From Clostridia bacterium (GTDB lineage: Bacteria; Bacillota; Clostridia; UMGS1840; HGM11507): 64,000 nucleotides of DNA. Each line of letters begins with the position of its first letter. The first letter of the stretch is position 1. The translations under genes were made by a program, and so were the position numbers. Positions 1-10,118 of the stretch are shown here, piece after piece. The DNA lies in assembly GCA_045658425.1 (NCBI GenBank), contig JAZOVB010000231.1:1284-65283 (forward strand), in the 5' to 3' direction. The notes under the pieces were generated by a model. It was not told the origin of the DNA and did not search any database. It saw only the letters and a list, made by a program, of their open reading frames with translations.

Positions 1-572
1 GCTGCCTTATGATAATCTGCAATACAATCCACATAAAACCATCTTGTATAAATAAGCTTCTGAGAGGGCATTATTTCATCAATTACTTCAATATTCATTG
101 TTTTCTCAAAAACAGAACCTTCTTCAATATCGCATCGTGTATTCTTCATATGCTCTAATTTAAGGGTTACAGGATAATTTCCCGCTTTTATATCTTCAGG
201 AAGATTAATTTCTACCCATAAGGAGGAGGCCCCTCCGCTTGATATAAAGATATTTTCTCTTTCGGAAAGAGGTATCAGAATATCCGGCATAAGACCCGGT
301 TCTTTTGTGATATAATCATTATCCATTCCCGCTTCCGGCTCTGTATATGGCATATCCATAACAGCATTTTCCACTAAGTACACCTTTACATAATCTTTAA
401 TTTCCGATTCAACCGAAAGCTCTGTTGACACACACATATTAATATTCAAAGCTATCTGATAAGAAAAACGTTCCCCCTTTAAAAGAGTTTTCTCCGTTAT
501 TTCGTTATAATCAAGATTACTGTCTCTTCTTACCTTTTCAAGGGATGAAATTTGTTTAACAATAACAGCCAT
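1..572 (-). CDS. DUF4091-like (glycoside-hydrolase-associated) protein, N-terminal part; gene runs off window start
   Basis: Absent from the ORF track because the frame is open to position 1. My translation from ATG 570-572 (GGAGG at 579-583) reads MAVIVKQISSLEKVRRDSNLDYNEITEKTLLKGERFSYQIAL... The ISSLEKV-type N-terminus resembles DUF4091 proteins. Family call is from memory only. Confidence 0.45.
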   Translation of the reverse strand, partial: MAVIVKQISSLEKVRRDSNLDYNEITEKTLLKGERFSYQIALNINMCVSTELSVESEIKDYVKVYLVENAVMDMPYTEPEAGMDNDYITKEPGLMPDILIPLSERENIFISSGGASSLWVEINLPEDIKAGNYPVTLKLEHMKNTRCDIEEGSVFEKTMNIEVIDEIMPSQKLIYTRWFYVDCIADYHKA

Positions 573-665
573 AAAAAACCTCCAAAATTTTACTATATAA
601 ATGATACTATTTTTAAAATAAAAAATCAATGTATAAATCAATAGCACAATTGTATAATAAAAAAA

Positions 666-698
666 GACTGTTTATAAGGTCAGACCTTATAAACAGTC
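666..698 (-). terminator. rho-independent terminator of gap
   Basis: Perfect 14-bp stem GACTGTTTATAAGG/CCTTATAAACAGTC with a 5-nt loop. The A-run at 656-665 gives a U-tract on the minus strand, 15 nt after the gap stop. Confidence 0.8.
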
Positions 699-712
699 GA
701 TTTTAAAAATTC

Positions 713-1726
713 TTAGCCTAATTCAGCAAAGTATTTGATTGTTCTAACCATCTGGCTTGTGTATGAGTTTTCGTTATCATACCAGGAAACAACCTGAACC
801 TGAGAATAACCGTTACCCATATTTGTTACCATTGTCTGAGTAGCATCAAAGATAGAACCGAATCTGCTTCCTACGATATCAGAAGAAACGATTTCGTCTT
901 CGTTATATGCGAAGGATTCGTTAGCAGCAGCCTTCATAGCAGCGTTGATACCTTCAACGGAAGCATCACCCTTAACAACTGCAACTAAGATAGTTGTAGA
1001 ACCTGTTGGTGTTGGAACTCTCTGAGCAGAACCGATAAGTTTACCGTTAAGTTCAGGAATAACAAGACCGATAGCTTTTGCAGCACCTGTAGAGTTAGGA
1101 ACAATATTAACTGCACCTGCTCTGGATCTTCTTAAGTCGCCCTTTCTCTGAGGACCGTCTAAGATCATCTGGTCGCCTGTATAAGCGTGGATTGTAGACA
1201 TGATACCGCTTTCGACTGGCATATAGTCATTTAAAGCTTTAGCCATTGGAGCTAAACAGTTTGTTGTACAAGAAGCTGCAGAAATAACCTTATCTTCTTT
1301 TGTTAACACATTGTGGTTAACATTGAATACAACTGTTGGTAAATCATTACCTGCAGGAGCGGAAATAACAACTTTCTTTGCACCTGCTGTTAAGTGAGCT
1401 GAAGCTTTTTCCTTAGAAGTATAGAAACCTGTACATTCTAATACAACATCTACATCTAATTCTCCCCAAGGAATGTTTACAGCGTCTTTTTCTGAATAAA
1501 TTTTGATGGTTTTGCCGTCAACTGTGATTGAGTCTTCACCTGCAGAAACAGTATCAGCAAGAGCGTATCTGCCCTGAGCTGAATCGTACTTTAAAAGATG
1601 AGCTAACATTTTTGGGCTGGTTAAGTCGTTAATAGCAACAACCTCATAACCTTCTGCACCAAACATCTGTCTGAAAGCAAGACGACCAATACGTCCAAAA
1701 CCGTTAATACCTACTTTAACTGCCAT
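713..1726 (-). CDS. gap: glyceraldehyde-3-phosphate dehydrogenase (type I)
   Basis: 337 aa. [18 protein letters not shown]-binding N-terminus, SCTTNCLAP active-site Cys motif, WYDNE C-terminal motif. Confidence 0.97.
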   Translation of the reverse strand: MAVKVGINGFGRIGRLAFRQMFGAEGYEVVAINDLTSPKMLAHLLKYDSAQGRYALADTVSAGEDSITVDGKTIKIYSEKDAVNIPWGELDVDVVLECTGFYTSKEKASAHLTAGAKKVVISAPAGNDLPTVVFNVNHNVLTKEDKVISAASCTTNCLAPMAKALNDYMPVESGIMSTIHAYTGDQMILDGPQRKGDLRRSRAGAVNIVPNSTGAAKAIGLVIPELNGKLIGSAQRVPTPTGSTTILVAVVKGDASVEGINAAMKAAANESFAYNEDEIVSSDIVGSRFGSIFDATQTMVTNMGNGYSQVQVVSWYDNENSYTSQMVRTIKYFAELG

Positions 1727-1879
1727 AGTATTATACCTCCTAAGTTTTTGTTATTAATTTAACATTATTATTTTACAATATAAAACCAAAATATGCAAGT
1801 ATTATTTACATTTTTTTCTTTTTTATTGGTTTATAACTATAAACCAAGCATCTGAACTGATAATATTTAGATATATTAA

Positions 1880-2671
1880 CTATTTTTTTATAACTTTAAG
1901 CATTTCACCGTTGTTGATAATCTGTTCGTTATACATAAATAATATATCCGCATTTCCTATATCCACATAATTCGGAATAAGCGTACTTATTACATATCTT
2001 AAATCAATAAGAGTAATTTCCGAGTATTTTTCAATTAAAAGAGGTGCAACAGTACAGCTGTAAGAATCATTAAAAATAACAAGTCGTTTTCCCTCAGGTC
2101 CGTTTGGATTTTTAATAATACTTATTGGTGAAGGTCCTGATAAGAACAAGTCGTAAGGAGAAGCTGAGATTAATTTTTCTGTATTGTAAACGGTTGTTCC
2201 CGGGTCTCCCATTATATTATTTACAGTTGCAGAATCGGTATGGGAATTTGTCAGGTAGTATATTTCCTCCCCTTTTATATCCTTAACCTTTTTGCTATGC
2301 TGTCCGATAAAGTTATCAACTTTTATCTTATTATTTTCAGTTATATCGATTTCAAAGCCGAGTTTTGAACCAAGTTCATTTACAAGAGAGGATATTTTAT
2401 CCTGCTTAAAATGAGGATCGGTAACATAATAATCGCTTAAAGACAAGGTTTTAAATAAATCGATATACTCGGCACTTTGAATTTTTGTTGACATAATTTC
2501 CAGCATTTTCCCATAATCAAAGGGGGTCTTCAAGCTATCGTTTATAAAATAGCTTTTACTTGGAATTACCGAATAGAATACTCTGTTATTCGGATAACAG
2601 GATGCAAGATATTCTATTTTTTCCGAGGCTGATTCTACGCCTGATGTGCGGATTTCCCCTATGAAATCCAT
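1880..2671 (-). CDS. DHHW-family protein (SGNH/AlgX-like fold), probably N-terminally truncated
   Basis: 263 aa with no signal peptide or TM segment. VTDPHF sits at the position of the DHHW motif, followed by NDSYS...LIDLRY. The frame upstream is open but has no start codon back to a TGA inside the preceding gene. Confidence 0.45.
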   Translation of the reverse strand: MDFIGEIRTSGVESASEKIEYLASCYPNNRVFYSVIPSKSYFINDSLKTPFDYGKMLEIMSTKIQSAEYIDLFKTLSLSDYYVTDPHFKQDKISSLVNELGSKLGFEIDITENNKIKVDNFIGQHSKKVKDIKGEEIYYLTNSHTDSATVNNIMGDPGTTVYNTEKLISASPYDLFLSGPSPISIIKNPNGPEGKRLVIFNDSYSCTVAPLLIEKYSEITLIDLRYVISTLIPNYVDIGNADILFMYNEQIINNGEMLKVIKK

Positions 2672-2715
2672 ATAATATCCGTTATGGGATATTATCCCCT
2701 GCTCATCAGGCTCTA

Positions 2716-3711
2716 TTAGTTTTTTCTTTCTACTTCAAGCTTTTCAAAGCTATCCTTAAATTCTTTCGGGGCAACCTGGTCGATTATAAGAAGAATTATA
2801 TTACCTTTATTGACAACAATTACGTCTTCTCTTTCAACGCCTACGCAAATCCATTTTCTCGGGTCTACCTTTTCTTTGATTTCGGCTTTTACCTTTTCAA
2901 CATCAGTCCCCTCTTTAACTTTAACAAGGCAAATAGAATGAGCAACGCTTCCCATCATAGGCTCACTTGCAATAGCTTCTTCAAATTCCATATTTTCAAT
3001 ACCAAGATAGTATGCACTTGTTTCCGGGGTTATTTCCATCTGCATAGTATTTGGAAGCTCTGCATTAACACCTTCATAAAGTCTGTCCATAATACCGCCA
3101 AGTGAATACGGGTCTTTTACAACATTGAAGCCATCAAGTATTTTTACACATTCGGCTCTTGTTATATTGTTTTCAGGTCTTAAGGTATTATCTTCATACC
3201 CTGAAACACATTTTGCTTCAACAAGTGCGGAAACAAATTCCTTTGCATAATCAGCAATATCAGCAAAATCCTTAAAACCCTTAATAGCATCTTCGCTTTC
3301 CGAGGAATAGTAGAAAGCTCTTCCTGCCATTGTCATAACATCCTGCCTTGTAATAAGGCTCTGCGGATTGAAGTTATCAGAAGGTGCTGCTATCTGAAGA
3401 GCAAGAAGCTTTCTTACAGGCTCATAAAACCAGTCAGTTTCCTTAACATCAGTAAAAGGAAATTCAGGATACTCTGCAATATTAATGTCAATAACAGATG
3501 AAAGAACAGTTGCAAATTCTGCTCTTGTCATATTATTATCAGGCTTAAAGCTTCCATCCTCATAGCCTTTTATTTTTCCTGCTTCCATCCATTTCAAGAT
3601 AATGTCCTTCGCCCAATGAGAGTCAACATCCTTTGCGGCAGATACGCTTAATCCCGCAAAAATTGTTAAAACCATAGAAATAGCTAAAATTAATGATAGT
3701 ATTTTTTTCAT
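2716..3711 (-). CDS. secreted SLH-domain protein with DUF4358-like C-terminus
   Basis: Signal peptide MKKILSLILAISMVLTIFAGLSVSA. Repeated SLH text (GYEDGSFKPDNNMTRAEFATVL; GYEDNTLRPENNITRAECVKIL). C-terminal MMGSVAHSICLVKVKEG...VDPRKWICV is DUF4358-like. Confidence 0.7.
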   Translation of the reverse strand: MKKILSLILAISMVLTIFAGLSVSAAKDVDSHWAKDIILKWMEAGKIKGYEDGSFKPDNNMTRAEFATVLSSVIDINIAEYPEFPFTDVKETDWFYEPVRKLLALQIAAPSDNFNPQSLITRQDVMTMAGRAFYYSSESEDAIKGFKDFADIADYAKEFVSALVEAKCVSGYEDNTLRPENNITRAECVKILDGFNVVKDPYSLGGIMDRLYEGVNAELPNTMQMEITPETSAYYLGIENMEFEEAIASEPMMGSVAHSICLVKVKEGTDVEKVKAEIKEKVDPRKWICVGVEREDVIVVNKGNIILLIIDQVAPKEFKDSFEKLEVERKN

Positions 3712-3797
3712 AGTTTTTTCTCCTTTTTAAAAATTTCAATTTATTAGACAATCATTTTCAAAAAAAGTTCCCGATTAAAAGCTTCTTTTTTAAAAAA

Positions 3798-3820
3798 GCA
3801 CAAGGGAAATTCTCTTGTGC
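3798..3820 (-). terminator. terminator of guaB
   Basis: GCACAAGGG/CTCTTGTGC stem (8/9) 10 nt after the guaB stop. The A-run at 3792-3797 gives a U-tract on the minus strand. Confidence 0.6.
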
Positions 3821-3829
3821 TTTTTGTAA

Positions 3830-5308
<1,479 letters not shown>

Positions 5309-5399
5309 TTACTTTTTATTAGTATAATAAAAAAGATAAAATTAGTCAAGAGGATTGATTATTTTTTACATTTAAGTTATAATAATTTCGGTGATTTAA

Positions 5400-6365
5400 A
5401 TGAAATTTGTTAATTTTGACATAGAAAACAAGGTGTTTTTAGCCCCAATGGCAGGAATTACCGATTTAGCTTTCCGTACTGTCTGCCGTGATTACGGGGC
5501 TTCTTTGTGCTACTCGGAAATGATAAGTGCCAAAGGACTTTATTTCAAGGATAAGAAAACAAAAGATTTACTTCTTACAAACTCTTATGACTCTCCCCTG
5601 ATTGTGCAGATTTTCGGAAATGATCCTCATATTATATCCGAAGGAGTTAAGATAGTTGCAGATATGGGATTTAAAATGATTGATATCAACAGCGGTTGCC
5701 CTGCACCAAAAATCGTAAACAACAATGAAGGCTCGGCTTTAATGAAAAATCCTACTCTTTTAGGTAAAATAACAGAAGCGGCGGTTAAGGCAACCCATCT
5801 TCCAGTTTCGGTTAAAATAAGGTCAGGCTTTACAGCCAACAGCATAAACGCAGTTGAATGTGCAAAAATTATTGAAAATTCAGGGGCAAGTGCCATTACG
5901 GTTCATGGAAAAACAAGAGAACAGTTTTATTCGGGGGATGCCGATTACGAAATTATAAAAGCAGTTAAAGAAATGGTTAAAATCCCCGTTATTGCAAACG
6001 GTGAAATTCACAATCCCGAAGATTGCGACAAGGTATTAAAAGCAACAGGCTGTGATTTTGCTATGGTGGGAAGATCGGCACTTGGCAATCCTTTTATTTT
6101 TGAACAGATGAAAGACTATTTTACTAAAGGAACATATAAGGAAAATTACAGTGTTGAAGAAAGACTTAATACACTTTTAAAACAGGCAGCTCTTACAACC
6201 GAATATAAAGGTGAATATCGGGCAGTGTTAGAAGCAAGAAAGCATATTGCCTGGTATTTAAAGGGAATTAAAAATTCAAAAAACTACCGAATGAGAGCAA
6301 ACACGGTGGGAAGCATGGAAGAAATAAAGAATTTATGTGATGAAATAAACAATGAATGCAAATAA
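5400..6365 (+). CDS. dusB: tRNA-dihydrouridine synthase
   Basis: 321 aa. LAPMAGITDLAFR, INSGCPAPKI (catalytic Cys), VHGKTREQFYSG. Confidence 0.9.
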   Translation: MKFVNFDIENKVFLAPMAGITDLAFRTVCRDYGASLCYSEMISAKGLYFKDKKTKDLLLTNSYDSPLIVQIFGNDPHIISEGVKIVADMGFKMIDINSGCPAPKIVNNNEGSALMKNPTLLGKITEAAVKATHLPVSVKIRSGFTANSINAVECAKIIENSGASAITVHGKTREQFYSGDADYEIIKAVKEMVKIPVIANGEIHNPEDCDKVLKATGCDFAMVGRSALGNPFIFEQMKDYFTKGTYKENYSVEERLNTLLKQAALTTEYKGEYRAVLEARKHIAWYLKGIKNSKNYRMRANTVGSMEEIKNLCDEINNECK

Positions 6366-6385
6366 TAAAAGCTATATATTAAAAA

Positions 6386-6410
6386 ACCTGAAGCTTATAC
6401 AGTTTCAGGT
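6386..6410. terminator. bidirectional terminator between dusB and the ECF S-component gene
   Basis: ACCTGAA...TTCAGGT stem flanked by an A-run (6381-6386) and a T-run (6410-6415), between convergent genes. Confidence 0.7.
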
Positions 6411-6419
6411 TTTTTAACA

Positions 6420-6917
6420 TTAAAACATCTTTGTTTTTTCAAAAATCTTCACAAGTATTAAACCTATAATAAGACCCGCTATTCCCTGAACTGCATTTAC
6501 CGGAATATTTACAACTGATGGTGCAAATCCATACATAAATCCCTCAAATATAAAATATCCCAATATCATTTCAACCTCTGCTAAAATTCCGCCGATAACT
6601 CTTGATGGTGTATTTCCAAGCTTATTGCTCATTACTTTAAAACTCAAATGTGCAATGACTGCCATAACGCCTTTAATCACAAGGGTTACGGGAGCATATA
6701 CAACATATCCTGAGAGTACATCAGCAATAGCAGAACCTATACCTGCAGCCACAAATCCATACGCAGGTGATAAAAGCCACCCCGAAAGCAGTACTACACA
6801 GTCGCCAAGATTTAAATATCCTTTTAACGGGGATGGGACTTTAATAATCATTGTGGCTACACAGCATAGGGCTGCAAACATCGATGCAAGAATTATTTTT
6901 TGAGTTTTAGTTTTCAT
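6420..6917 (-). CDS. ECF-transporter substrate-specific (S) component
   Basis: 165 aa, about 5-6 hydrophobic helices. ASMFAALCCVATMI..LNLGDCVVLLSG is typical of small vitamin-type ECF S components. Substrate not assignable from sequence. Confidence 0.7.
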   Translation of the reverse strand: MKTKTQKIILASMFAALCCVATMIIKVPSPLKGYLNLGDCVVLLSGWLLSPAYGFVAAGIGSAIADVLSGYVVYAPVTLVIKGVMAVIAHLSFKVMSNKLGNTPSRVIGGILAEVEMILGYFIFEGFMYGFAPSVVNIPVNAVQGIAGLIIGLILVKIFEKTKMF

Positions 6918-7009
6918 TTTAAATATCCCCTTTACATTTCATTACGCTTATTATATAATAAATCTGAATATATAACAACTACCAGTTAAGGAGAATTTAA
7001 TATAACCAG

Positions 7010-8095
7010 ATGAAATACTCAATCGATAGAAAATCCTCTAAAAAAGCTTACATACAGCTTTATGAACAGCTAAGAAATGACATTGTAAATTCAATATATA
7101 AATATGGTGATAAGCTCCCATCAAAGCGGATTCTTGCCGAAGAAGCTCTGACGAGTGTCATCACTGTCGAACACACATACGCCATACTGTGTGACGAGGG
7201 TTATATAGAGACAAAGGAAAGAAGCGGATATTTTGTCATATACCGAAAAAATGATTTTGTACCCGTTACAGAATATGAAATTTTGCACAATCCCGATAAT
7301 CAACACTATCATGCAAACGACTTTCCTTTTTCAGTACTTGCAAAAACAATGCGTAATGTAATTTCAAAATGTGGTGAAAATATTCTTATAAAATCACCCA
7401 ATGCAGGCTGTACTGAATTGAGAAAAGCAATTTCAGATTACCTTGCAAGAGCCAAAGGAATCAATGTTTCTTATAATCAGATAGTAATCGGTTCAGGGGC
7501 AGAATATTTATACGGACTTATCGTACAATTTCTTGGACAGGACAAGATATATGCGCTTGAAAATCCGTCATACGAAAAGATTCACTCTGTTTACAGGGCA
7601 AACGGAGCCCAATGTGATTTACTGAAATTAGGTAAGGACGGAATTCTTACATCACAGCTTGTAAAAACTAAAGCATCCATTCTACACATAACACCATTCA
7701 GAAGTTTTCCAAGTGGCATAACCGCAAGTGCTTCAAAGCGAAATGAGTATATTAAATGGGCAAAAGAACGAAATGCCGTAATCATTGAGGACGATTTCAA
7801 TTCCGAATTTACTGTATCCACAAAAAATGAGGATACGGTATTTTCACTTGAACCAACACGAAGTGTAATATATGTAAACACTTTCACAAAAACAATTGCT
7901 CCATCAATGAGAATCGGATATATGGTTTTACCCCAAGAACTTGTAAACCCCTTTTTTGATAAAATGGGATTCTACTCCTGTACGGTTCCTGTATTTGAGC
8001 AGTATGTTCTTGCGGAATTTATTTCAAACGGTGACTTCGAAAGACATATAAACCGAACAAGAAGAAAACTTCGCCAGATGCTGAAAAACAAGTAA
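7010..8095 (+). CDS. MocR/PdxR-type regulator (GntR winged helix fused to fold-type-I aminotransferase-like domain)
   Basis: N-terminal GntR HTH (LPSKRILAEEALTSVITVEHTY). C-terminal aminotransferase-like text with FTKTIAPSMRIGY (PLP-lysine motif position). 361 aa is short for the family. Confidence 0.75.
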   Translation: MKYSIDRKSSKKAYIQLYEQLRNDIVNSIYKYGDKLPSKRILAEEALTSVITVEHTYAILCDEGYIETKERSGYFVIYRKNDFVPVTEYEILHNPDNQHYHANDFPFSVLAKTMRNVISKCGENILIKSPNAGCTELRKAISDYLARAKGINVSYNQIVIGSGAEYLYGLIVQFLGQDKIYALENPSYEKIHSVYRANGAQCDLLKLGKDGILTSQLVKTKASILHITPFRSFPSGITASASKRNEYIKWAKERNAVIIEDDFNSEFTVSTKNEDTVFSLEPTRSVIYVNTFTKTIAPSMRIGYMVLPQELVNPFFDKMGFYSCTVPVFEQYVLAEFISNGDFERHINRTRRKLRQMLKNK

Positions 8096-8123
8096 AGGAA
8101 CATTAAAAACTCCACACAACTTT

Positions 8124-8149
8124 AAAAGGGACTGTAGACAGTCCCTTTT
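8124..8149. terminator. bidirectional terminator (regulator gene / ancestral guaA end)
   Basis: AAAAGGGACTG-TAGA-CAGTCCCTTTT, an 11-bp perfect stem whose A/T runs work for both strands. Confidence 0.8.
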
Positions 8150-8162
8150 AAAGTTATAAATA

Positions 8163-8230
8163 TTATTCTCACTCGGTGCGTTATAACGTGATTTACGTTG
8201 TTTCACCTGATTTTAAGCCGATTTTTTCGC
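8163..8230 (-). pseudogene. relic A of a guaA 3' end (..TE*E-stop; TGG mutated to TGA)
   Basis: Minus strand reads ACC GAG TGA GAA TAA (stop at 8163-8165), one mismatch from the CGAGTGGGAATAA 13-mer at 15994 and 46842. About 70 nt upstream resembles relic B. The terminator lies 14 nt downstream. Confidence 0.5.
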
Positions 8231-8355
8231 TTTCTCCACTTAAAATCTTTCAATTATTTGGTCTTAATTGTTATCTGTTATCATTTTGTTATCATCTATA
8301 TGTTAACATAATATTTGTGGTTTTGCAAGAGTTTAGGAAAGAAAATCCATCTTAC

Positions 8356-9006
8356 TTATCGTTTTAAATATTCCTTATTCACGGCTGCATTTAACACTTG
8401 AACTGAAAACATATCAATGAGCGTAAAAATCTTATCATGTATCTCATTATACCTCTTTTCATCTAAATCAATCGAGGCTAATTTTTCGCCATGAGCTATC
8501 TTATTTCGCATATTTAGCAAAACAGTATCTATAAGTTGAAAATTAGTTTCATACTTATCTGTTTCCAATCCGATTACACTCATAATTTCAACAAAAACTT
8601 CCGAATTCAAATTGCTATTTGTCTTTATAATGCCTGAATATGGGATTTGTGATTTAGAACTATATAAATCAAATATCTCTCCAACGATTTTTGTATGCAA
8701 AATTGATTTTTTAGTTTCGGAAAATAATTTTGTTTTTTCACTAACAGAAAGAGCTAAAAAACTAAATTTCAAATCACCGTATGGTAATTTTAAACTTGAA
8801 ACATACATTAAGTAAAATTCAGCAATATTTTTTATTGCACCTTCCCAGTGAGCGTATAGCAATGTAACCCCCGAACGCAAAGCTGTATCTTTTGCAAAAT
8901 TCCTGGCGCTTTGGATATTTGCCTTTACAGCTGACAATTCGCGCTTTCGCCAACCCATTTCCGCATCAATAGCATCTTGCAAATCATTTATAGTCCTAAT
9001 TTTCAT
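8356..9006 (-). CDS. HEPN-domain protein (MAE_28990/MAE_18760-like predicted nuclease)
   Basis: 216 aa, all-alpha character. Rx4H motif RNKIAH is encoded at 8491-8508. The N-terminal DLQDAIDAEMGWRKRELS text matches this HEPN family as I remember it. The start overlaps the DUF262 stop by 4 nt. Confidence 0.7.
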   Translation of the reverse strand: MKIRTINDLQDAIDAEMGWRKRELSAVKANIQSARNFAKDTALRSGVTLLYAHWEGAIKNIAEFYLMYVSSLKLPYGDLKFSFLALSVSEKTKLFSETKKSILHTKIVGEIFDLYSSKSQIPYSGIIKTNSNLNSEVFVEIMSVIGLETDKYETNFQLIDTVLLNMRNKIAHGEKLASIDLDEKRYNEIHDKIFTLIDMFSVQVLNAAVNKEYLKR

Positions 9007-10106
9007 ACACTGAAATATTCAGCGCCAAACAATGATAAATCTTTATATCTCGGTATAGATCTTACTCCTGGAGTTGTGTTCCTTGTATATACTGCCTCCT
9101 GATATAAATTTCTTATTTTGTCTGTAATCACTTCGTTTCGTTTATCACTCTTTAGTATTTCATTAATATTTACATAAACACCATAAGCAATAGTTTGAAA
9201 TGCTGCAGCCAATACCGGTCCGATATGTTTTTCTCCATTATACTTTTTAAAAGCATCTTCACCTAAAATGCCGTATAACAAATCAAATGTAGCTTTAAAT
9301 CTACTTTCTATTTCATCATAATTCAAATCAAATTCACATAATTTAATTGTTTCTTTGTCCAGTAGTTCTGCAAAATCATTATAAATTCCAATATTATTCC
9401 AATTTATCTTTTCCGCAACAAGCAAACGTATTAACAGTTCCATTCGATATTGTTCGTCTGTTCTTCTGTCAGTTATTGGTAAACAATCTCTAAATGATTG
9501 ATGTCGATCTAATGTGGCAACAAAATCATACAACCTTTTATTAGTCATAATCATCAAGCAATTTCTTACTTCTTGATCACTCAATAACGATCCACCAGTG
9601 TTCAATCTTTGAAACAATTCATATTTTGTATTTGGATCACTTTCTTTCTTCATTATAACAACATCTATTCTAGAACGTTTAAAAAACAACTGCTGTTCTT
9701 TTGTAAAGGATAATTCTGGAACTTTTTCATTATTCCACTGTACACCTGCAAAGGAAGGTAAATAATCTGTTTTTTGCAACGTTAATGGCTCCAACAACTT
9801 ATCATTTTCATCCTTAAAAATACCAACAAATTGAAAAATTGTAGATAGGCGCTGCACACCATCAATAATGTCCCATACCCCATCTTCGTTTTGGCTAACA
9901 AAAATTGATGGTATAGGTATATTGAGCATAATAGATTCTATTAATTTTGTTTTCTGATATTCACTCCATCTAAAGACTCTTTGAAATTCCGGATGTATAT
10001 CCATTTCACCGTCTTTGTATAAATTAATCAATTCCCCAATAGACATTTGATACGAATCTCTAAATATTTTACTTGTTCTTTCCTGAATTTCAGTTTGTAA
10101 AGACAT
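9003..10106 (-). CDS. DUF262 (ParB/Srx-like) domain protein without a DUF1524 nuclease half
   Basis: 367 aa. IHPEFQRVFRWSEYQKTKLIESIMLNIPIPSIFV and IIDGVQRLSTI (DGxQR) are DUF262 hallmarks. No H-N-H/His-Me text in the C-terminal half. RBS AAGGAGG upstream. Confidence 0.8.
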   Translation of the reverse strand: MSLQTEIQERTSKIFRDSYQMSIGELINLYKDGEMDIHPEFQRVFRWSEYQKTKLIESIMLNIPIPSIFVSQNEDGVWDIIDGVQRLSTIFQFVGIFKDENDKLLEPLTLQKTDYLPSFAGVQWNNEKVPELSFTKEQQLFFKRSRIDVVIMKKESDPNTKYELFQRLNTGGSLLSDQEVRNCLMIMTNKRLYDFVATLDRHQSFRDCLPITDRRTDEQYRMELLIRLLVAEKINWNNIGIYNDFAELLDKETIKLCEFDLNYDEIESRFKATFDLLYGILGEDAFKKYNGEKHIGPVLAAAFQTIAYGVYVNINEILKSDKRNEVITDKIRNLYQEAVYTRNTTPGVRSIPRYKDLSLFGAEYFSV

Positions 10107-10118
10107 TTGAATTCCTCC

